A stretch of DNA of 64,000 nt from Auanema rhodensis (Eukaryota > Animalia > Nematoda): assembly GCA_964057225.1 (NCBI GenBank), contig OZ059900.1:13144001-13208000 (forward strand), read 5' to 3'. A program made the translations under genes and the position numbers. Shown here one piece after another: positions 1-10,474 of this stretch (position 1 is the first letter of the stretch; every line of letters begins with the position of its first letter). A model generated the notes under the pieces. The model made no database searches and was not told the origin of the DNA. It saw only the letters and a list, made by a program, of their open reading frames with translations.

Positions 1-3000
1 AACTCAGAAGTTCTCTGGTTAGATTGAGATACTACCTCTAACTTGGGTAATTAAACCAAATCTATTCAGGAAACTTATGAACTGTTCTAGCCTATCGCCG
101 TATATGTGATCAGTGTACAAAGCTATACAAAGCTATACAAAGTTTTATCCTGTCAAACTATAATGTAAAAGACGCGTCATGTTCATATTCAAATTTGTTT
201 TGCTTTGGCATCTATAGTGTCATATAATCATACTAAGACAGACAATTTTCAATATTGCACACTCATGGTGTGCTTTCCAAAATGTATTTCCAACTCAGAA
301 GTTCTCTGGTTAGATTGAGATACTACCTCTAACTTGGGTAATTAAACCAAATCTATTCAGGAAACTTATGAACTGTTCTAGCCTATCGCCGTATATGTGA
401 TCAGTGTACAAAGCTATACAAAGCTTTATCGGGTCAAACTATAATGTAAAAGACGCGTCATGTTCATATTCAAATTTGTTTTGCTTTGGCATCTATAGTG
501 TCATATAATCATACTAAGACAGACAGTTTTCAATATTGCACACTCATGGTGTGCTTTCCAAAATGTATTTCCAACTCAGAAGTTCTCTGGTTAAATTGAG
601 ATACTACCTCTAACTTGGGTAATTAAACCAAATCTATTCAGGAAACTTATGAACTGTTCTAGCCTATCGCCGTATATGTGATCAGTGTACAAAGCTATAC
701 AAAGCTTTATCGGGTCAAACTATAATGTAAAAGACGCGTCATGTTCATATTCAAATTTGTTTTGCTTTGGCATCTATAGTGTCATATAATCATACTAAGA
801 CAGACAGTTTTCAATATTGCACACTCATGGTGTGCTTTCCAAAATGTATTTCCAACTCAGAAGTTCTCTGGTTAGATTGAGATACTACCTCTAACTTGGG
901 TAATTAAACCAAATCTATTCAGGAAACTTATGAACTGTTCTAGCCTATCGCCGTATATGTGATCAGTGTACAAAGCTATACATAGCTATACAAAGCTTTA
1001 TCCGGTGAAACTATAATGTAAAAGACGCGTCATGTTCATATTCAAATTTGTTTTGCTTTGGCATCTTTAGTGTCATATAATCATACTAAGACAGACAGTT
1101 TTCAATATTGCACACTCATGGTGTGCTTTCCAAAATGTATTTCCAACTCAGAAGTTCTCTGGTTAGATTGAGATACTACCTCTAACTTGGGTAATTAAAC
1201 CAAATCTATTCAGGAAACTTATGAACTGTTCTAGCCTATCGCCGAATATGTGATCAGTGTACAAAGCTATACAAAGCTTTATCCGGTCAAACTATAATGT
1301 AAAAGACGCGTCATGTTCATATTCAAATTTGTTTTGCTTTGGCATCTATAGTGTCATATAATCATACTAAGACAGACAGTTTTCAATATTGCACACTCAT
1401 GGTGTGCTTTCCAAAATGTATTTCCAACTCAGAAGTTCTCTGGTTAGATTGAGATACTACCTCTAACTTGGGTAATTAAACCAAATCTATTCAGGAAACT
1501 TATGAACTGTTCTAGCCTATCGCCGTATATGTGATCAGTGTACAAAGCTATATAAAGCTTTATCGGGTCAAACTATAATGTAAAAGACGCGTCATGTTCA
1601 TATTCAAATTTGTTTTGCTTTGGCATCTATAGTGTCATATAATCATACTAAGACAGACAGTTTTCAATATTGCACACTCATGGTGTGCTTTCCAAAATGT
1701 ATTTCCAACTCAGAAGTTCTCTGGTTAGATTGAGATACTACCTCTAACTTGGGTAATTAAACCAAATCTATTCAGGAAACTTATGAACTGTTCTAGCCTA
1801 TCGCCGTATATGTGATCAGTGTACAAAGCTATACAAAGCTATACAAAGCTTTATCCGGTGAAACTATAATGTAAAAGACGCGTCATGTTCATATTCAAAT
1901 TTGTTTTGCTTTGGCATCTATAGTGTCATATAATCATACTAAGACAGACAGTTTTCAATATTGCACACTCATGGTGTGCTTTCCAAAATGTATTTCCAAC
2001 TCAGAAGTTCTCTGGTTAGATTGAGATACTACCTCTAACTTGGGTAATTAAACCAAATCTATTCAGGAAACTTATGAACTGTTCTAGCCTATCGCCGAAT
2101 ATGTGATCAGTGTACAAAGCTATACAAAGCTTTATCCGGTCAAACTATAATGTAAAAGACGCGTCATGTTCATATTCAAATTTGTTTTGCTTTGGCATCT
2201 ATAGTGTCATATAATCATACTAAGACAGACAGTTTTCAATATTGCACACTCATGGTGTGCTTTCCAAAATGTATTTCCAACTCAGAAGTTCTCTGGTTAG
2301 ATTGAGATACTACCTCTAACTTGGGTAATTAAACCAAATCTATTCAGGAAACTTATGAACTGTTCTAGCCTATCGCCGTATATGTGATCAGTGTACAAAG
2401 CTATACAAAGCTTTATCGGGTCAAACTATAATGTATAAGACGCGTCATGTTCATATTCAAATTTGTTTTGCTTTGGCATCTATAGTGTCATATAATCATA
2501 CTAAGACAGACAGTTTTCAATATTGCACACTCATGGTGTGCTTTCCAAAATGTATTTCCAACTCAGAAGTTCTCTGGTTAGATTGAGATACTACCTCTAA
2601 CTTGGGTAATTAAACCAAATCTATTCAGGAAACTTATGAACTGTTCTAGCCTATCGCCGTATATGTGATCAGTGTACAAAGCTATACAAAGCTATACAAA
2701 GCTTTATCCGGTGAAACTATAATGTAAAAGACGCGTCATGTTCATATTCAAATTTGTTTTGCTTTGGCATCTATAGTGTCATATAATCATACTAAGACAG
2801 ACAGTTTTCAATATTGCACACTCATGGTGTGCTTTCCAAAATGTATTTCCAACTCAGAAGTTCTCTGGTTAGATTGAGATACTACCTCTAACTTGGGTAA
2901 TTAAACCAAATCTATTCAGGAAACTTATGAACTGTTCTAGCCTATCGCCGAATATGTGATCAGTGTACAAAGCTATACAAAGCTTTATCCGGTCAAACTA

Positions 3001-6000
3001 TAATAAAAAAGACGCGTCATGTTCATATTCAAATTTGTTTTGCTTTGGCATCTATAGTGTCATATAATCATACTAAGACAGACAGTTTTCAATATTGCAC
3101 ACTCATGGTGTGCTTTCCAAAATGTATTTCCAACTCAGAAGTTCTCTGGTTAGATTGAGATACTACCTCTAACTTGGGTAATTAAACCAAATCTATTCAG
3201 GAAACTTATGAACTGTTCTAGCCTATCGCCGTATATGTGATCAGTGTACAAAGCTATACGAAGCTTTATCCGGTCAAACTATAATGTAAAAGACGCGTCA
3301 TGTTCATATTCAAGTTTGTTTTGCTTTGGCATCTATAGTGTCATATAATCATACTAAGACAGACAGTTTTCAATATTGCACACTCATGGTGTGCTTTCCA
3401 AAATGTATTTCCAACTCAGAAGTTCTCTGGTTAGATTGAGATACTACCTCTAACTTGGGTAATTAAACCAAATCTATTCAGGAAACTTATGAACTGTTCT
3501 AGCCTATCGCCGAATATGTGATCAGTGTACAAAGCTATACAAAGCTATACAAAGCTATATAAAGCTTTATCGGGTCAAACTATAATGTAAAAGACGCGTC
3601 ATGTTCATATTCAAATTTGTTTTGCTTTGGCATCTATAGTGTCATATAATCATACTAAGACAGACAGTTTTCAATATTGCACACTCATGGTGTGCTTTCC
3701 AAAATGTATTTCCAACTCAGAAGTTCTCTGGTTAGATTGAGATACTACCTCTAACTTGGGTTATTAAACCAAATCTATTCAGGAAACTTATGAACTGTTC
3801 TAGCCTATCGCCGAATATGTGATCAGTGTACAAAGCTATACAAAGCTTTATCCGGTCAAACTATAATGTAAAAGACGCGTCATGTTCATATTCAAATTTG
3901 TTTTGCTTTGGCATCTATAGTGTCATATAATCATACTAAGACAGACAGTTTTCAATATTGCACACTCATGGTGTGCTTTCCAAAATGTATTTCCAACTCA
4001 GAAGTTCTCTGGTTAGATTGAGATACTACCTCTAACTTGGGTAATTAAACCAAATCTATTCAGGAAACTTATGAACTGTTCTAGCCTATCGCCGTATATG
4101 TGATCAGTGTACAAAGCTATACAAAGCTTTATCGGGTCAAACTATAATGTAAAAGACGCGTCATGTTCATATTCAAATTTGTTTTGCTTTGGCATCTATA
4201 GTGTCATATAATCATACTAAGACAGACAGTTTTCAATATTGCACACTCATGGTGTGCTTTCCAAAATGTATTTCCAACTCAGAAGTTCTCTGGTTAGATT
4301 GAGATACTACCTCTAACTTGGGTAATTAAACCAAATCTATTCAGGAAACTTATGAACTGTTCTAGCCTATCGCCGTATATGTGATCAGTGTACAAAGCTA
4401 TACAAAGCTATACAAAGCTTTATCCGGTGAAACTATAATGTAAAAGACGCGTCATGTTCATATTCAAATTTGTTTTGCTTTGGCATCTTTAGTGTCATAT
4501 AATCATACTAAGACAGACAGTTTTCAATATTGCACACTCATGGTGTGCTTTCCAAAATGTATTTCCAACTCAGAAGTTCTCTGGTTAGATTGAGATACTA
4601 CCTCTAACTTGGGTAATTAAACCAAATCTATTCAGGAAACTTATGAACTGTTCTAGCCTATCGCCGAATATGTGATCAGTGTACAAAGCTATACAAAGCT
4701 ATACAAAGCTATATAAAGCTTTATCGGGTCAAACTATAATGTAAAAGACGCGTCATGTTCATATTCAAATTTGTTTTGCTTTGGCATCTATAGTGTCATA
4801 TAATCATACTAAGACAGACAGTTTTCAATATTGCACACTCATGGTGTGCTTTCCAAAATGTATTTCCAACTCAGAAGTTCTCTGGTTAGATTGAGATACT
4901 ACCTCTAACTTGGGTTATTAAACCAAATCTATTCAGGAAACTTATGAACTGTTCTAGCCTATCGCCGAATATGTGATCAGTGTACAAAGCTATACAAAGC
5001 TTTATCCGGTCAAACTATAATGTAAAAGACGCGTCATGTTCATATTCAAATTTGTTTTGCTTTGGCATCTATAGTGTCATATAATCATACTAAGACAGAC
5101 AGTTTTCAATATTGCACACTCATGGTGTGCTTTCCAAAATGTATTTCCAACTCAGAAGTTCTCTGGTTAGATTGAGATACTACCTCTAACTTGGGTAATT
5201 AAACCAAATCTATTCAGGAAACTTATGAACTGTTCTAGCCTATCGCCGTATATGTGATCAGTGTACAAAGCTATACAAAGCTTTATCGGGTCAAACTATA
5301 ATGTAAAAGACGCGTCATGTTCATATTCAAATTTGTTTTGCTTTGGCATCTTTAGTGTCATATAATCATACTAAGACAGACAGTTTTCAATATTGCACAC
5401 TCATGGTGTGCTTTCCAAAATGTATTTCCAACTCAGAAGTTCTCTGGTTAGATTGAGATACTACCTCTAACTTGGGTAATTAAACCAAATCTATTCAGGA
5501 AACTTATGAACTGTTCTAGCCTATCGCCGAATATGTGATCAGTGTACAAAGCTATACAAAGCTTTATCGGGTCAAACTATAATGTAAAAGACGCGTCATG
5601 TTCATATTCAAATTTGTTTTGCTTTGGCATCTATAGTGTCATATAATCATACTAAGACAGACAGTTTTCAATATTGCACACTCATGGTGTGCTTTCCAAA
5701 ATGTATTTCCAACTCAGAAGTTCTCTGGTTAGATTGAGATACTACCTCTAACTTGGGTAATTAAACCAAATCTATTCAGGAAACTTATGAACTGTTCTAG
5801 CCTATCGCCGTATATGTGATCAGTGTACAAAGCTATACAAAGCTATACAAAGCTTTATCCGGTGAAACTATAATGTAAAAGACGCGTCATGTTCATATTC
5901 AAATTTGTTTTGCTTTGGCATCTATAGTGTCATATAATCATACTAAGACAGACAGTTTTCAATATTGCACACTCATGGTGTGCTTTCCAAAATGTATTTC

Positions 6001-9000
6001 CAACTCAGAAGTTCTCTGGTTAGATTGAGATACTACCTCTAACTTGGGTAATTAAACCAAATCTATTCAGGAAACTTATGAACTGTTCTAGCCTATCGCC
6101 GAATATGTGATCAGTGTACAAAGCTATACAAAGCTTTATCCGGTCAAACTATAATGTAAAAGACGCGTCATGTTCATATTCAAATTTGTTTTGCTTTGGC
6201 ATCTATAGTGTCATATAATCATACTAAGACAGACAGTTTTCAATATTGCACACTCATGGTGTGCTTTCCAAAATGTATTTCCAACTCAGAAGTTCTCTGG
6301 TTAGATTGAGATACTACCTCTAACTTGGGTAATTAAACCAAATCTATTCAGGAAACTTATAAACTGTCCTAGCCTATCGCCGTATATGTGATCAGTGTAC
6401 AAAGCTATACAAAGCTATACAAAGCTTTATCCGGTCAAATTATAATGTTAAAGACGCGTCATGTTCATATTCAAATTTGTTTTGCTTTGGCATCTATAGT
6501 GTCATATAATCATACTAAGACAGACAGTTTTCAATATTGCACACTCATGGTGTGCTTTCCAAAATGTATTTCCAACTCAGAAGTTCTCTGGTTAGATTGA
6601 GATACTACCTCTAACTTGGGTAATTAAACCAAATCTATTCAGGAAACTTATGAACTGTTCTAGCCTATCGCCGTATATGTGATCAGTGTACAAAGCTATA
6701 TAAAGCTTTATCGGGTCAAACTATAATGTAAAAGACGCGTCATGTTCATATTCAAATTTGTTTTGCTTTGGCATCTATAGTGTCATATAATCATACTAAG
6801 ACAGACAGTTTTCAATATTGCACACTCATGGTGTGCTTTCCAAAATGTATTTCCAACTCAGAAGTTCTCTGGTTAGATTGAGATACTACCTCTAACTTGG
6901 GTAATTAAACCAAATCTATTCAGGAAACTTATGAACTGTTCTAGCCTATCGCCGTATATGTGATCAGTGTACAAAGCTATACAAAGCTATACAAAGCTTT
7001 ATCCGGTGAAACTATAATGTAAAAGACGCGTCATGTTCATATTCAAATTTGTTTTGCTTTGGCATCTATAGTGTCATATAATCATACTAAGACAGACAGT
7101 TTTCAATATTGCACACTCATGGTGTGCTTTCCAAAATGTATTTCCAACTCAGAAGTTCTCTGGTTAGATTGAGATACTACCTCTAACTTGGGTAATTAAA
7201 CCAAATCTATTCAGGAAACTTATGAACTGTTCTAGCCTATCGCCGAATATGTGATCAGTGTACAAAGCTATACAAAGCTTTATCCGGTCAAACTATAATG
7301 TAAAAGACGCGTCATGTTCATATTCAAATTTGTTTTGCTTTGGCATCTATAGTGTCATATAATCATACTAAGACAGACAGTTTTCAATATTGCACACTCA
7401 TGGTGTGCTTTCCAAAATGTATTTCCAACTCAGAAGTTCTCTGGTTAGATTGAGATACTACCTCTAACTTGGGTAATTAAACCAAATCTATTCAGGAAAC
7501 TTATAAACTGTCCTAGCCTATCGCCGTATATGTGATCAGTGTACAAAGCTATACAAAGCTATACAAAGCTTTATCCGGTCAAATTATAATGTTAAAGACG
7601 CGTCATGTTCATATTCAAATTTGTTTTGCTTTGGCATCTATAGTGTCATATAATCATACTAAGACAGACAGTTTTCAATATTGCACACTCATGGTGTGCT
7701 TTCCAAAATGTATTTCCAACTCAGAAGTTCTCTGGTTAGATTGAGATACTACCTCTAACTTGGGTAATTAAACCAAATCTATTCAGGAAACTTATGAACT
7801 GTTCTAGCCTATCGCCGTATATGTGATCAGTGTACAAAGCTATATAAAGCTTTATCGGGTCAAACTATAATGTAAAAGACGCGTCATGTTCATATTCAAA
7901 TTTGTTTTGCTTTGGCATCTATAGTGTCATATAATCATACTAAGACAGACAGTTTTCAATATTGCACACTCATGGTGTGCTTTCCAAAATGTATTTCCAA
8001 CTCAGAAGTTCTCTGGTTAGATTGAGATACTACCTCTAACTTGGGTAATTAAACCAAATCTATTCAGGAAACTTATGAACTGTTCTAGCCTATCGCCGAA
8101 TATGTGATCAGTGTACAAAGCTATACAAAGCTATACAAAGCTATACAAAGCTTTATCGGGTCAAACTATAATGTAAAAGACGCGTCATGTTCATATTCAA
8201 ATTTGTTTTGCTTTGGCATCTATAGTGTCATATAATCATACTAAGACACACAGTTTTCAATATTGCACACTCATGGTGTGCTTTCCAAAATGTATTTCCA
8301 ACTCAGAAGTTCTCTGGTTAGATTGAGATACTACCTCTAACTTGGGTAATTAAACCAAATCTATTCAGGAAACTTATGAACTGTTCTAGCCTATCGCCGA
8401 ATATGTGATCAGTGTACAAAGCTATACAAAGCTATACAAAGCTATATAAAGCTTTATCGGGTCAAACTATAATGTAAAAGACGCGTCATGTTCATATTCA
8501 AATTTGTTTTGCTTTGGCATCTATAGTGTCATATAATCATACTAAGACAGACAGTTTTCAATATTGCACACTCATGGTGTGCTTTCCAAAATGTATTTCC
8601 AACTCAGAAGTTCTCTGGTTAGATTGAGATACTACCTCTAACTTGGGTTATTAAACCAAATCTATTCAGGAAACTTATGAACTGTTCTAGCCTATCGCCG
8701 AATATGTGATCAGTGTACAAAGCTATACAAAGCTTTATCCGGTCAAACTATAATGTAAAAGACGCGTCATGTTCATATTCAAATTTGTTTTGCTTTGGCA
8801 TCTATAGTGTCATATAATCATACTAAGACAGACAGTTTTCAATATTGCACACTCATGGTGTGCTTTCCAAAATGTATTTCCAACTCAGAAGTTCTCTGGT
8901 TAGATTGAGATACTACCTCTAACTTGGGTAATTAAACCAAATCTATTCAGGAAACTTATGAACTGTTCTAGCCTATCGCCGTATATGTGATCAGTGTACA

Positions 9001-10442
9001 AAGCTATACAAAGCTTTATCGGGTCAAACTATAATGTAAAAGACGCGTCATGTTCATATTCAAATTTGTTTTGCTTTGGCATCTATAGTGTCATATAATC
9101 ATACTAAGACAGACAGTTTTCAATATTGCACACTCATGGTGTGCTTTCCAAAATGTATTTCCAACTCAGAAGTTCTCTGGTTAGATTGAGATACTACCTC
9201 TAACTTGGGTAATTAAACCAAATCTATTCAGGAAACTTATAAACTGTTCTAGCCTATCGTCGTATATGTGATCAGTGTACAAAGCTATACAAAGCTATAC
9301 AAAGTTTTATCCTGTCAAACTATAATGTAAAAGACGCGTCATGTTCATGATCAAATTCATATTGCTTAATCATCTATAGTGACATATAATCATACTAAGA
9401 CAGACAGTTTTCAATATTGCACACTCATGGTGTGCTTTCCAAAATGTATTTCCAACTCAGAAGTTCTCTGGTTAGATTGAGATACTACCTCTAACTTGGG
9501 TAATTAAACCAAATCTATTCAGGAAACTTATGAACTGTTCTAGCCTATCGCCGTATATGTGATCAGTGTACAAAGCTATACAAAGCTTTATCGGGTCAAA
9601 CTATAATGTAAAAGACGCGTCATGTTCATATTCAAATTTGTTTTGCTTTGGCATCTATAGGTTCATATAATCATACTAAGACAGACAGTTTTCAATATTG
9701 CACACTCATGGTGTGCTTTCCAAAATGTATTTCCAACTCAGAAGTTCTCTGGTTAGATTGAGATACTACCTCTAACTTGGGTAATTAAACCAAATCTATT
9801 CAGGAAACTTATGAACTGTTCTAGCCTATCGCCGTATATGTGATCAGTGTACAAAGCTATACAAAGCTATACAAAGCTTTATCCGGTCAAACTATAATGT
9901 AAAAGACGCGTCATGTTCATATTCAAATTTGTTTTGCTTTGGCATCTATAGTGTCATATAATCATACTAAGACAGACAGTTTTCAATATTGCACACTCAT
10001 GGTGTGCTTTCCAAAATGTATTTCCAACTCAGAAGTTCTCTGGTTAGATTGAGATACTACCTCTAACTTGGGTAATTAAACCAAATCTATTCAGGAAACT
10101 TATGAACTGTTCTAGCCTATCGCCGTATATGTGATCAGTGTACAAAGCTATACAAAGCTTTATCGGGTCAAACTATAATGTAAAAGACGCGTCATGTTCA
10201 TATTCAAATTTGTTTTGCTTTGGCATCTATAGTGTCATATAATCATACTAAGACAGACAGTTTTCAATATCGCACACTCATGGTGTGCTTTCCAAAATGT
10301 ATTTCCAACTCAGAAGTTCTCTGGTTAGATTGAGATACTACCTCTAACTTGGGTAATTAAACCAAATCTATTCAGGAAACTTATAAACTGTTCTAGCCTA
10401 TCGTCGTATATGTGATCAGTGTACAAAGCTATACAAAGCTAT
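1..10442 (+). repeat. Class-A monomer domain (CATATTCAAATTTGTTTTGCTTTGGC) with mixed lengths and 3-/4-mer higher-order repeats
   Basis: The CCGGTG marker lies at 1002, 1855 and 2708 (853 bp = 281+291+281). AAACTGTCC lies at 6361 and 7505 (1144 bp). GGGTTATTA lies at ~3761 and ~4915 (1154 bp). Confidence 0.85.
116..145 (+). repeat. Internal 10-bp subrepeat (TACAAAGCTA)n, n = 2-4 per monomer; representative copy shown
   Basis: TACAAAGCTA TACAAAGCTA TACAAAGTTT at 116-145. There are 2 copies in 281-bp monomers (e.g. 407-426) and 4 copies in 301-bp monomers (e.g. 3528-3567). Confidence 0.97.
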
Positions 10443-10474
10443 GCTTTGTATAGCTTTGTACACTGATCACATAT
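10408..10474. repeat. Perfect 32-bp inverted repeat with 3-nt loop (TAT), within a truncated 149-bp monomer
   Basis: 10408-10439 ATATGTGATCAGTGTACAAAGCTATACAAAGC is the exact reverse complement of 10443-10474. Forward sequence resumes at TTAGATTGAG (10474), 149 bp after the previous copy (10325). Confidence 0.97.

Noticed and set aside
86-101. Helitron-like 3' end (ACGG...CTAG on the reverse strand of the monomer)
   Set aside because: No GC-rich hairpin precedes the CTAG, and there is no other transposon hallmark.
151-164. Sigma70-like TATAAT next to TTGACA (TGTCAA on +)
   Set aside because: The two hexamers are on opposite strands and 2 bp apart, not 17. This is a chance match in AT-rich DNA.
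171-178. ACGCGT (MCB/MluI motif) as a regulatory site
   Set aside because: It is a single short motif with no gene nearby, so it is listed only as a palindrome.
1-291. Monomer as a tandem 5S rRNA, tRNA or snRNA gene unit, or as a dimer of ~145-bp halves
   Set aside because: I found no recognisable RNA gene sequence or Pol III A/B/C boxes, and no visible similarity between the two halves. An Infernal/Rfam search would be the definitive test.
415-436. CENP-B box suggested by CGGG
   Set aside because: The required TTCG-N4-A-N2-CGGG arrangement is absent on both strands.
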